From Cenococcum geophilum (lineage: Eukaryota), in NCBI GenBank assembly GCA_050273025.1, contig CP158635.1:9424001-9488000 (forward strand): 64,000 bases of DNA, read 5' to 3'. Both the position numbers and the translations under genes were made by a program. Under the pieces are notes generated by a model, which was given only the letters and a program-made list of their open reading frames with translations, was not told the origin of the DNA and searched no databases. This document shows positions 35,321 to 49,300 of this stretch, piece after piece (within the stretch, counting starts at the first letter, position 1; every line of letters begins with the position of its first letter).

Positions 35321-38271
35321 CTTAGGTTAAAAGTATAACGTCCTTAATTAATATACGGCTCTAAGAGCCTATAATAAAAAGCAGAGTATTAATAAATAGT
35401 TAAATAGCTGGCGGAACGTCTATAAGCTTATAGAGTAATTAAAGCTACCAGATATATAGGGATTTAGGCCACACTATGATTTTGTTTAAGCTATTAAGCC
35501 TATCTCTTCTAGCTTCGCAGGAGCTCTAAAAGTAGACCTTATTTATAAGAAACGGAAGGGCGAAGATGCACTATCTATTATCGAACTAATTAAGGAATTT
35601 AAGGAGTACTACCGTATGCAGTAAGTAGTATCCTCTACTACCCCTACTAATAGCTCCGTATTTGTAACCCTTTAAAATAATTCTAATTCTAATTTAGATT
35701 TTAATAGCAATTCTAATTCTAACGGTAATTTTAATTCCAATTTAAGATGGAACAAAAAATGCATATACGGCCTTGTATATTAATTTAACAACTGCTACTA
35801 TATTGCTAAGAAGAAGCGCCTATAAGGATAGAAGCTAAACCTAGACGTCTAAAAGGAAGTAGAAGAAAAGATCTTATTTACGCCTTAGATTAAACGTATA
35901 GTTAATTATATCTAAAAAGGAGGATAGAAAGCAAAAAAGGACGCAGAATCTACAATTAATTTTAACTTTAAAACCCCACCTTCTATAATACCGACTAGCT
36001 ATATTACCGTGTTTAGTACTAGTTAAATTCTATTTAAACTCTAGAATACCTAGATACTCAACCCTAGTATAAATACCCATGTCTATAATAATAAAGAAGA
36101 CTTTACCTTCTTATACCTAGCAGTAGAAGATAACTACCTAATTACTGGCGGAAATTTTAAAAAGATTTAAGCTTACGGAATAGTAACTATTACTATTAAT
36201 ACACCTACTAGGAAGTTAAAAATGAAGCTATCTTATGTAGCATTAGCACCTACCTTTTTTATAAATATTGTAGCACTTTTAAGAGCTACTGATAATGATA
36301 TCCATTTCAACTTAGGACGAAACTTACTATACTGTCTAGTAACTGGCGAAACAGTATACTATGCGAAACGACTAGGGGGCCATTAGGCACTAATGCACAG
36401 ACAGCCTACCCTAGATTTAATAACTTAATCAACCTTCTTAATAAGAAAACATTAACTAAGTAGAATGGCTTGTAAACTAGTTGGAGCTATAGCTATAAAA
36501 TAGTACAAAATACTTGGCCATGTAGGACCTGACGATATTAAGTAGCTTCTTAAGTACGTCAATAGCGCAGAGCTTAAAAAGCTAATTGACGAACGAGTAC
36601 CGCTTAAAGTTAAATGTGAAGTTTGCTTATTAGCAAAGCACATATAGTAGATCTCTTAAAGACAAGAATATAAATATCCAGCTACTCGACCATTTACACG
36701 GCTAGCGTTTAATATTATTAACTTTAGAGTACCTAGATATAACGGCGATAGATATATTATATATTTCTATTATATATATTCCAAATTAAATTTTATGTTT
36801 ACCTCTAGGAATAAGAATAAAGCTACTATTCTACTATCCAAAAAACTTACCGTTTAATTAAAATACGATTTTACTAAAATGTTATCTTTTTTTGGAGCGA
36901 TAATAAATAAGCTTTTAAACAGATAGGAAACACCTTATAGATATAGTGCGCAGATAAAGGCATTACTTTTAAATGCCGAGCCCTGTATACAGAAGAATAA
37001 AATAGCGGAGCTAAATAATCTAGATAAACCCTTATAGAGTAATTAAGGGCTATATAGCTGGAAGTATCCTTACCCCCATCTTTAGGATTAGAAGCCTTCC
37101 TTACTGCTAGCTACGCACTTAACTAAACCCCAAATGAGCAACTAGGATAGAAAACTCCGTACAAGATCGCCTACAGCAAGATGCCATTACTTACCTATAT
37201 GCACGTATATGGCTGCAAGACCTATACGCTGGACAAATGAGTTAAAAAGGGAGATAAGCTAGGTCCCTATACATTAATTAGATACCTAGTTAGCTACAAT
37301 TTAACTAATATCCATTAAATCTAGATTCTAAGTCTTTATAAAGTCATTTAAACTAAAGATATTATATTTAACGAGACCTCGTTCTATAACCCTAAGGGTT
37401 AAGATATTAACTACCTGCTAAAGAAAGCATTAAAAGACACCCTCTAGATAATTAGTCTACTAAAACCTCTCCATAAGGATAAATCTAAGGATAAATCTAT
37501 CCTATATAGACCTACCTTAAATATAGATTAAATGACTATACCTAAATTAAACGATTCGGCAGAGCCTCGTATAAAGGATATTAAATAATTACTAACTCCT
37601 AGCAGAATGGTATTTTTAGATTTACCAGAAAAAAATACCTCACTATAAGGACTTTAAGACGATATTATAGATATAATTAAAGAAAGTCCTAACTAACTAA
37701 GCAGTTTACTAGAACTGCCTAATTAAGTAACTAATATAGCTCTACGAGCTAATAAAGTCTTAGCTAAACCTTCTGTCGACCTTATCCTACTAAAAGGATT
37801 AAAAAGAATTTAACGTTAAGCGTATTCGACAGTACTAGCCAATCTATTTACCCTATTTAGTTACTATGCTGGATTTGCTATAGGACTAGTATAGTGGTGT
37901 AATTTAGCCCCCTGGATTTAATATCTAGATTAGGCGTAGCTTTAGAAGAGCCTAGGCCTTCTATAGTTATATAGGTTAGTCTAGAGCCCTTAGAGTCTTT
38001 AATAACTCTAGCGACACTAATAGATATACAATTTTCCTTTAATATACTCTTTTCTTTCTCTTTTTATTGCTTAATTTTAACTAATAGTGATTAATCGACA
38101 GACTAACCGACCGACTAATAAATAGCACTAAGACTTTCCTATCTTAGAGAGGTCGTACCCTCCCATATATTTTATAGCATTCTATATAGGAATAACGGTA
38201 AGCCCTTTAAATTAGAAGTCTAGTGCTCTATAAATAGAAGACGTATAGAAACGATCTAGAACTGCGATAGA

Positions 38272-41200
38272 TATAACAGAACCTTATAGCAGGAACTACG
38301 ATAGGCTCGTTAATAGGCTAGGTATATAGGTGATGTAAATTAAAGTTAACAACGTAATAATAACTAGTGGAGTAGTTGCCTAATAGATTAACTCTAATTA
38401 TATTCTAAGAATTACTATAAGGAAGGAACTATCTAGGTAGGGACTAAGGGTCCTTAAATACACAACTATACTCCTAGGAAATCCTTCTTATACGTAATAT
38501 ACGTATTATACGTATTATACGTATGTTTCCTTTATATACTATATATACTACGTATAACGTTATATAACCTTAGTTACCATTCCTTATTATATAGCTTTAT
38601 CGGCTCTATTCTAAACTATACTTATATTAACTAACTAGCTTCTTCTAACTCCTCTCCTAGTAGTTATAATATCGTACTTAAAGCATCCGTAACACTATCT
38701 CCCTCCTTTTTATTTTTATCCTTAAAGATTCCTAATATCTCTAAGTTGTTTACTAGAGGTATAATATCTATCTAATTAATTTAGTTAATATTGTTACTTA
38801 TTATACCTAAGGCTCCTTCTTCTTTATAAGCGCAACGTTGTACTCGTACTATTGCTGCGATATTATCTCTAGGTAAAATTATACTATCTCTATATTCTTA
38901 TTATGTAAAAGAGGGATTAGTTTATATTACGTTAGCAAGTCCATCCTTTTAATAACCGTCCTCTTGCTTATAGTACACTAAAGCGAATATTTATTTATCC
39001 TACGATGTTTACTCTGTCTCTAATACTAAATATATATAACCTATTATCCTTAATAGTCGTTTAGTTCCCTAATTAATTTATTTTAGGGTCTTATATTTAA
39101 TCTACTACTACGCGGCTAAATAGTAAACTGTTTTAGGCTCTTATTAAGTTAAAACGTTTTTATAATGTGGAGTAAAAGGCTCTTAAAGCCCATATTGCGG
39201 CGTCTACTCAGTTACTCCGTCTTAAAAAGGGTTATAAAAAGGTTTGTTTTAAGAAGTAGAAGCTTATAAAATAGAGTTTATAAGAACTTAGTAATAAGAA
39301 AATAAACTCTTTTCCGGCCAAAAAGGAAACAGATCTAAGTAGTTTAGTAACTACTCTTCTTAGGTCCCCCTTAAGTGACTTATTTTTTAGTAATTCTTCT
39401 TTATTAATACTGCCTAACCTAATTTCTTCTAATACTCCTATACCTTTCCTATAGCGTTCTTTAGATTTTCTAGTAGCTTTTAGGTAGTCTTATTATAGCC
39501 TATCTACTTTACTTTATACTATGTTTTATTGTTAATATCCTTATAGCTAATAATCTTTAAAACTTACTATTTATCTTCTTCTCGTCCTCTATACATGTTT
39601 ACTTTATAAACTAGTAGCTTAATATTTCCGTATACTAGCTCTAGTATTGTAATATACTATATATAGTAGATTTTTATTTTAGCTAGTAGGTTTAACTTAA
39701 ATATAACCAGTAAAATCCTCTAAATAATTTTAAAAGGTCTTAGTCTAACATAGTTTAACTTCTTACTTAGTTGTTAACTCTTAAAATTTTTATATAGTAG
39801 CCATACTTTATCTCCCTCCTTAAGATCTAGTCCCTTAAATCTCCTAGCATTATAGTACTTTTTTATTCTTTCTTATACTACCTTTATTAATTCTATAAGG
39901 TCTATATAAAGATTTATTAACGTCTTTATTCTTTCTTTAGCTATGCTACTTATCTTCTTTACTTATTATAGTAATAATAATATCCTTAGCTTATATCCGT
40001 AATTTGCCTTAAATAGTAATATACCTATCCCTTCTTATAGCGTTATATTATATATAAACTATATAACTAGTAATAATAATACCTAATTATTCTGTGCGTA
40101 ATTAATATAGTATTTTAGATACTGTTTTAGTGTCTAGTTTAATCTTTCTATTTAACTATCTATTTATAGATAATATACGGTAGAAGTTACTACTCTAACT
40201 TCTTATTTTGCTAAGAATACCTCTTAGAATACTGCTATAAATTTTAAATCTCTATCTAATATAATCTTACTTAGTACTCTATATTTTATAAATACTTCCT
40301 TAATATAAATTCTAGCGACATCTTCTACTAATATCTCTTCTATATATGCTATAAAGTATCCCCACTTTATAAGCTTATCTACTATTACTAAAATTACGTT
40401 ATAATCTTATTTAGTAATAAGATCTTTTAACTTTAATAACTTAATAATAAAGTCCTATAATATAACCTCCTATAATCTCTCTAGTATTTTAATAAGTTAT
40501 AGCCCTCTATATAGCTTATACCTTATTAGTTTATTCCTTTAGCAATCTAAATATTCCTTTATAACTTTTTATATTAAACCCTAAATTCCGTTAATAATAT
40601 ACTCCTCTTAAAGTCTTAATACTAAGCCTATGGCTCCGTTATATCCTTAAGTTATTCCTTTATAAAATTCTTCTATAAATTACTCTACTATACTTCTTAG
40701 AATATACTTTACTTCTTAATTTTCATATATATCCGTCTATAGATCTTTTAGCTATACTTTTAAAATTCTTTATACCTAAAAGCTCTTTAATAACTTATAA
40801 ACCCTATCTAGTTCCTCTTAAGTTACTATAATTTTTAGATAATTATACCTAATTAATCCGTCTATATCTTTTCGCAGTAAAGCCTCTAATAGCTTTTTAT
40901 TATTTTATAGTTTAGCCTTTTAACTTAAAGCATCTGCTTATATATTGTCTATACCCTTAATATACTAAATCTTAAAATAGTATTCTATAAGCATCTCTGC
41001 CTATCTAACCTATCTTTAGTTAAGTTCCTTTATTATTAGGAATCCTATTAGGTTTTTATAATCTATCTTAACTATAAATAGTTTCTTTATACCTTATAAA
41101 AATACTCTTTATTTTTTTAATACTATAATTATATCTAACAATTCTTTATTATAGATGTTATAGTTTAACTCTAGTAGTGTTATCTTCTGACTATAGTATA

Positions 41201-44200
41201 CTACTAAGTGCTATCTATCTTAATATTTCTATATAAAGTATACCCCTAGTATATAGTCTAATATATTTATTTCTATAACCGTTTCTAGTCTTAATTAATA
41301 GATCTTAAGAACTAGTTCTTAGGTAAACAACTCCTTAACTTATTTAAATAACTTTTACTATTCCTCTCCCTATGCCTATAATTCTTCTTTCTTTATTAAC
41401 CGTGTAAATGGCTTAATATCCTTTAACTATTACGCTATAAACCTTCTATAGTAATTGCAAAACCCTAAAAATAATCTTAACTGCGTAATATTTTCTAGTT
41501 CTTACTAATTTACTATAGCTTTAATCTTTTTTAGATCTATATTAAGTTAGCCTAGTTTAATAATAAATCTAATAAAATCGGTCTTCCTGGTAAAGAACTT
41601 GTATTTTTTTAATTATTATTAGTATCTATTTTTCCTATAGTTTCTTTAGACCCTATTTAACGTATTCCCCGTATTCTTCCTTAGTTATTAAGTAGATAAT
41701 AATATTATTAAGATATACTATAATAAATTTTATCTAAGTGTTCTCCTAATATATTGTTAATACACTTCTAAAACGTTACTAGTGCGTTTATAAGCCTAAA
41801 TAATATAACTAAGAGCTTATATAGTCCTTCCTTTAACCTAAAGGCTGCCTTTTATTTATCGCCTTCCTTAATTCTAATCTAATAGTACGCCTATCTTAGA
41901 TCTATCTTTATAAAGATTTACGCGTTACCTATCCTATTTTAAATTTCACTAATTAAGGGTAAAGGATACCTATCCTTCCTAGTAATGCTGTTTAACTATC
42001 TATAGTTAATACACAGTCTTAGTTTACTATTTTTCTTTAGTATAAACAATACTAGATAACCTACTAATAACTACGATAGTCTAATATATCCCTTTTATAA
42101 GTTTTCCTGAACAAACTCTTTTAATACTCTCCCTTCCTCTTTAGTAAGCTTATAAATTAAAAAGAACCTTAGACTTATTTCTAGTTCTAATTCTATCTTA
42201 TAGTCCTATACTATATACTCTAATAGTTTTTTACTCTTTAGTAACCATAATTTCTTACTATACTTATAGTATCTCTTTAGTATATAACTTAAGCCTTACT
42301 TAGTCTCTTTATATATCGCTCCGACTTAGTACTATATTAACTTAGCTTATTATTATATCTTACGGCGTTAAGTATCCTTAATATTAACCTAACCTATAAC
42401 CCAATTAATCTTTAGATTATATTTTTGTAACTAAGGCATTCCTAATACTGCCTTATTATTCCCTAATAGTAATATATTAAAAGATATCTTAATTTATCTC
42501 CCTTTAATAGTTAACTAAATAGGTCCTGTTTTAAGATTAATAATACCTCCTTTATAGGCTATTAGATCTCCTAAAATCGTTATTAATAGGTAAGGATGCT
42601 CCTTCTTCCTATATAGTAAACCTATTCTTTTAACTGCTGCTAGTAAGATATAGTTCCTTATTACTCCACTATCTATTAACGCCTTAAACTGTTAATCTTG
42701 CCACTTAACTTATAAATTTAGGTATTGTTTTTAAATTCCTTTAAGGGTTTAAGGCTCTACTACTAGTTTCCTCTGGTTTTATAGGCCTCTACTTTTCCTA
42801 ACTAATAGCTACTTAATCTTATTTATACTTAGTCCATCTTTAGCTAATACTTAGTTCGCTTTTTATCTTTAATATACTATAGACACATATTCTTTAGGCA
42901 TTCCCACTACTATTATCCGTCTAGGTATTCTTCCGTAAGGAATCTTCCTAGCTAAAGTATTAAGTCCCCTAACTTCTAAACTTCTACTAGGTGCTAACTA
43001 TGCATATACTTAGCATTTTAATATTTTACCTCGTTCTATATTTAATATATTCTTCTTAAGTACTTATAATACTTATCTTTAGGTACTCTATATATATTAT
43101 ATATATTATCCACGCATGTAATCTATACCAATATATAATATACTTAGTGTCTTAGGTTAACTCTTAGCTTATCTTTATCCCTAAGTTTAAACCTTTCTCG
43201 TGTTAATCTAAGCGTTATAACTTCGTTCGCTAGTACTAAGATACGTCTTTTGCTTCTTTAGTCCTCTAATTACTCCTCTAGATCTTTTAACGTTATAATT
43301 AAGGCTCCTTTAATATAATTTATAGCCTTTTCTATGATTAGGTAGTTTTAGATAACTTTTTTATCTAACTATATATAGAAATCTTCCTACTTGTCGTTAT
43401 ATTGTTATCTATACTACTTTTAGTATAACCCTTTAAGTGTATACGGCTCGTCCGTAAAGAAGTATCTTCTTATTACTATATTATAATAGCCCTTAGTATA
43501 TCGTTCTTTAAACCTAATTAAAACCCCTAAATTCTCTTCTTGTTCTAGTTCGGTAAGCCACTTAACTTTTAGTATACCTATCCTTAGCCTATTAGTAATT
43601 CTTTGTATTAGTGCTCTATCTTATATATATTTTAATATACTAAATCTCTTATCTAATTTCTGTTCTTGCTATAAGGTAATTCTTACTCTAAATTCCTTTA
43701 TAGTTTCTTTTAGTTTTCGTCTTCTAAGTAGATCTTTAAAGTCATCTTGCTTCTAGATCTCGTTAATAGTCCTTATTCGTGTCTTAAAATCTTAGTTCTA
43801 TAGGATTCTTAATCCTAAGCTTGCTTCTAACTTAAGCTTAACTCCTACCTTAGTCTAACTAAGCTTAGGTGTTCTTATCTCGTCTTAAAAGTCTTAAATC
43901 TTACTTATCTCGTCTTAAGAATCTTATACCTGTAGGAAACTCTGTCCCGTGCTTATTTATATATCTTTAAACTAAGCTGCTACTCTGCTCTATCGGTTTT
44001 CGTCTATTATAGGTCCTTAAGCTTACCTTATCTTATCTTAAGAATCTTAGTCGTCTCTTATCTTGTCTTAAGAGTCTTAAGCCTTTAGCCTTTTACCTTT
44101 ATTAAGTACCGAAGTGGTTTACTATTCTACTTTTCTTACATCTTGCGAAGTGATAAATATCGTGTCTAGCGGGGTCTTAATCCCTACTAATATTCCCTAT

Positions 44201-46080
44201 TCTATAGTGGAATTATTCTCTACCTCTTATATAACATCTCTAAGGTCTATATACTCCTAGTAAGCTGCCTTTATTACCTTATTATTATAAAATATTTCGC
44301 CTATATTAAATTTATCGTCCTTAATATCCAATCTGCAAACTAGTTTATTAGTTCCTTTATACATTATAGGGTTTAGCTTCTATAGCCAATAGCTTACGCT
44401 ATACTTAGCGTCTTTATAAATTTAGTATGCGTTATTATAACAAAACATAAAGCTTCTAATTAAATATTCCTTTATTCCTTACAGTACACTATTATCTCTC
44501 TATACGTATATGTCTTCTACTATTAGTTTAGTTCCCTTTATTATATAGTAACTCTAACTATTTTTATAATCCCTTGCGAAATAACCTTATTTCCCGCAAT
44601 TTATATAAGCTTTGTTTTTAAACTATTAACTTTATTATAGAGTCCGCCTAAACATCTTCTACTATTAAGATCCTTAGTTTAGCCTCTACTTTTAGGTCCT
44701 ATAATTACTAAATCCTTAACCTCTAGGTTTCTATAGTTTCTTACCCCACCTCTTATAGGTTTCTTTAGTACTACTTAGGTCCATTAACTCTGCGCCATAC
44801 TATAGTTTCTAATTTAGCTTTAGTTATTATGTACTTTGCGCCTTATATAACTATAGAACTCTATCCTAACCCTTTTTAGCCTATTCCCTTTAGTAGATCC
44901 AATTATTAATTTTAATCACTTAATCTATTAGGTCCCTTAGGGTGTCCGCATCTTCTATTAAAATAATTACGTCTTAGACTTTAGCCTTAAGTCCCTACTT
45001 ATACTATACCATAAGCGCCCTATTATTCCACTTAACTTATATAGCTAGCGTCTAGAACTGCGTTATATACTTAATTACTAAGGTTTATTATATAATATTC
45101 TAGAGTTTTCTTTTTACTATAGTTGTTCCTTTTAGGTCTCCGAATATTTATATAAGTTACTCTATAAATCCTTCCTAGCTTAAGAATATAAATTATACCT
45201 TTTAGTTAGTGGTCGTTATTCCATTTATCTATATCTCCGTAAGGTAAAGCTTAAACTATTTAAGTGCTCTTCCTAATAGGAATAGTCCTGCATAGGCTAT
45301 TCGATCCATAGGTATTAGTAGTTTAGCTCCTTCTTATATAACCTTAAAGTGCATCTATATAAAAAATCCTTTAAGCTTTAATCTTTCTCCTAAGTATCTC
45401 TTAATTAATAGTAGCTTAATCTTCGCTGCTTTTACCCCATTAACCCTTTCTTCTAACGCTGTATTATTAGTTATTAACCAATTAATTACCTCTTGTAGTT
45501 GCCCGACCGTTATAGGTTGCTATAAGTTAGTATCTGCTATACTAGTATCGTCTACTAACCTTAAAGTAGTTACCGCCGTCGTTAGCGTTATAGTGGCTGC
45601 TTTTAGTGGCATATTATTTGACTTTCTATATTTAATACCGTAACTAGGTAGTAATTATATAACGGAACCTTGTAGTAGGAACTACGATAGGCTTATTATT
45701 AGGCTAGGTATATAGGTAATATAAATTAAAGTTAATAACGTAATAATAACTAGTAGAGTGGTTGCCTAATAGATTAACTCTAATTGTATTCTAAGAATTA
45801 CTATAAGGAAGGAACTATCTAGGTAGGGACTAAGGGTCCTTAAATACACAACCGTACTCCTAGGAAATCCTTTTTATACGTAATGTACGTGTTATACGTA
45901 TTATATATACGTTCCCTTTATATACTGTATATACTGCGTATAACGTTATATAACTTTAGTTACTATTCCTCATTACATAGCTCTATCGGCTCTATTCTAG
46001 ACCGTGCTTATATTAACCAACTAGCTTCTTTCGACTCCTCTTCTAGTAGTTATAACATTGTACTTAAAGCGTCCGTAATA
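38272..46080 (-). mobile_element. Full-length Ty3/gypsy chromovirus A3, inserted in the 5' UTR of D
   Basis: 423-bp LTRs at 38272-38694 and 45658-46080; TSD ATAGA; minus-strand PPT GGAGGGAGATAG next to 38694. gag-PR-RT-RH-IN order; chromodomain WYEVKWTGYD at ~39490-39590. Confidence 0.95.
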
Positions 46081-46365
46081 ATAGAACGACTAAGATAAAG
46101 AAGTACGGGCATATCAGCGACCTATGCGCAGCCACCGCTATAAAGAATAAACTGATAATACTTGCCGAGCTCTCTATACGGGAATAGTAGTTAGTAAGCA
46201 GCGATAAAAAGGCAAGTACGTAGCATAGTAAGACAAAGGATAAAAGGAAGGACTATGGTACACTAGGAACGGCAGAGAAAAGTCTTTTATATTTTATTTA
46301 CTATATTTATAATAGTCTATACTATTATTCTCGCATTTATTAGAGCTACCTTTAAATTTATAATA

Positions 46366-49300
46366 ATGGCGATAATACCAGCAAAGGGATTGTTAGGAAT
46401 GTTAGGCCCATTCTATAATAATAGTAAGGGTACTAGAAAGGGAGAGGAAAGCAAGCAGCCTATTAAACCGCGAAGCTCTCCTAAACTAAGGCATGCGATA
46501 CTAACCCTAACTCCCGTAATATTAGGAACTAACGACCCTTAATAGATAAAGGATAAGGGTTATAAGGTCTACCTACCTATCCTTAAAGAAACTGTAGATC
46601 TACTACCTCCTACTAGATTATTAATGGAACGAGATAAGGTATATGTTATAGCCCAGCCTATACCGGCTCTAGGAACCCCTAGGACCCCTTACTTTATAGG
46701 ATAAAATATATTATAATTTATTAAATAATATAAGTGGCTATGTATCTAGCACCGTGTTACGGATAATAAGAAGTATTAAGGACTTCTAGAGTATTGCGAT
46801 TATTAAATAGGGATATAGATCCGAAATCTACCTAAGTTTACTATTAGTAATTAGATAGAACTTATAGGAAAGCTTAGGATAGACTACTAAGGAAGTAACT
46901 ACTTTTAATAAGTCGAAACGGTAAAATTCTTAAAAGCTTATATACTGTAGTGCAGGAATAATCTACCTAGTAGTATACGCGAATACTATAGGTAGTTTAC
47001 GTTAATCTCCTAAAAGGTTACTAAGGCTAGTAATTTAGAAAACTGTAAATAAGGGTACTGGTTTGCAAGAGGACTCCTATTTAAATACTAAAAATATATA
47101 ATAACTAAAATAGGAGCCGACCCCGATAGGTAAGAGTCTTTTAACTTTTACCTGCTAAAGAGAGCTGTAGAAGACAGGCTTAATTTACATAAAGGCGCCA
47201 ATTAGTTGTTAATAATAAATCCTAAGGAATAAGGCCTTTATTAGCTAGTTAGATAATTTTATAATTAGCAACTAGCTATAATAAACTAAAGAGATACTAC
47301 CTTTTAACCACCTGTAGTCTCTTAGCTAAGTAAGTTGGTAAATACCTATTAAATGACTTAGGAAATAGACCCTAAACTAGAGAAACTTACTAATTAACTC
47401 TGGAAGCTTAATCTTAGGACGGTTAAATTGGCAGGCATTATATCTTTAATGCCGTTCCTAAATAGGATTTGCTAAGATCTAATATAGTATATATAGCTCC
47501 TAAATAGGGCGTTAATACGTTAAAAATAAATGGATCTATAACCGGCACTAGGTAATAATAGACCGTAGCCGCCCTATAAGGGAGCGCTATAAGAACGATA
47601 TAAGCTGGGCCTAGGAAGGTATAGAGGGCTAGGGAACTTTGGCGTATACTAGATATAAAATTAAACGTATTATAGATGCGGGGGTGCCTACTATTTTATT
47701 AATTAGTATCCAGAGCTCTAAGAGTTAGTTTATTATAGTTTCCTATATATAAACGAAAATAATTAAATATGCGCTAAAATACGTAAGCGCTTAGGAAATA
47801 CAATTCTATATCTATTAAGCAATAATTAAATCTAGTTCCTTAAAGACTGGCTAAGGTAGAACGCGAATATTGATCTTAATACGCTAGCAATAGGTATTTA
47901 ACCTAAAGTAGCTTCTATGGAGCTTATTAAGGGTAGTAATATTAAAAGTAAAGAGGAACTTAGTAAGTCCTAGGAAGATATATACTAAGTAGAGTCGATA
48001 TATATTAATTTAGTAGGGGCCGTAACCTAATTATAGTCTACGCCATAGGCACATAATTTTAGGAGACCGTAAGGGGAAGTAAGGGTAATAAAATAGCCTC
48101 TAAAACCATCTAGTCCGTAACTAGTAATAGTTTAAAATATATAATTAGGAGGACATGTCTAAATTATACCACGGCCCTAGTAGTAGGCTCCTTTACTACC
48201 GTTAAGTAGTAATAGGGGTAATAAAATGAATTATACCAAACAGCTAAGGTAGATGGAGTAAATAGCGGATATAATAATGATAGTTAAAGCATCGCGACTA
48301 AAGCTAGTTAGGATGATGGATATACTAAAGGGAAACGTCCTAAGCCTAATAGTGATAGCGGACAAGATCTTGTTAAAAACTATTAAAGTTACTATTAGTA
48401 ACTGCCTTATGTACATGCCTAAAGTTATAAGGCTATTCTTTAAGCCTCTTCTATTACCCCTTACGGAGCCTTACTAATAGAAGTAGGAGGACGTTAAGGT
48501 ATCCGTATTGTTAGTATATTTAACATTCTATGCTAATTAAGCTAGCCTAATAACTGCTAAAGTGGACCAGATTGAATAAGAAGCAGGATTTATCTAGTTT
48601 TAAAGGCGGTGCCTAAAGGTAGAAGTACAGATAGGAGACGAAAGGGCTAAATGCTTAATTAACTCTGGAGCTAAGCTTAACCTTATTAAGGAAAGCGTAG
48701 CCCTATAATACGGCCTGCTAATATTAAGTCTGCCTTTATAGTTATAAGGCGCGCGTCTAACGTCTATAAATAGAACTTAGTTTAAGTTTATTGGGCTAGT
48801 ATATACGGTCCCTATAGTAATAGGTAATATCTTAATATTTATAACGTTTATTGCTATAGGGGAAATGTCATATAAGGTAATACTTGGTAAGCTATAGTCG
48901 GTAAGGGCTAGACTGGTAACAAAATAAACCGCAATAGGTTAAGTATCTTGTATTATTTAATTAGAAGATAGTAAAGTTAAAATGAGGTTTTTAACATCCT
49001 ATAAGGATGCGATGTTCTTTAAACTAGATAAAGGTATTAGTATAGAAAATAGTTTGGGAAATGTATAGCTAGTACGACTATTGGGATTATATTTAGGGTT
49101 ACTTATAACCTAGCATATTAGGATAAGGAGGATATTAAGAATAAAGAGGAGGGAAATAAGGTGCGGCTCTAATACGGATATATGCCGTTTTGGATATCCA
49201 CTAGATAGAGCTATTAGCAGGGAGAGTATAATATTGGATAGAGAGAGCTTAATAGTAAAACGTTAAAGGAAGTTCTAAAGAAATACTTAAGGAAGAATTA

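Noticed and set aside
48277..48477. 66-aa ORF as an independent gene
   Set aside because: Appears to be a stop-free stretch of the element D gag-pol region.
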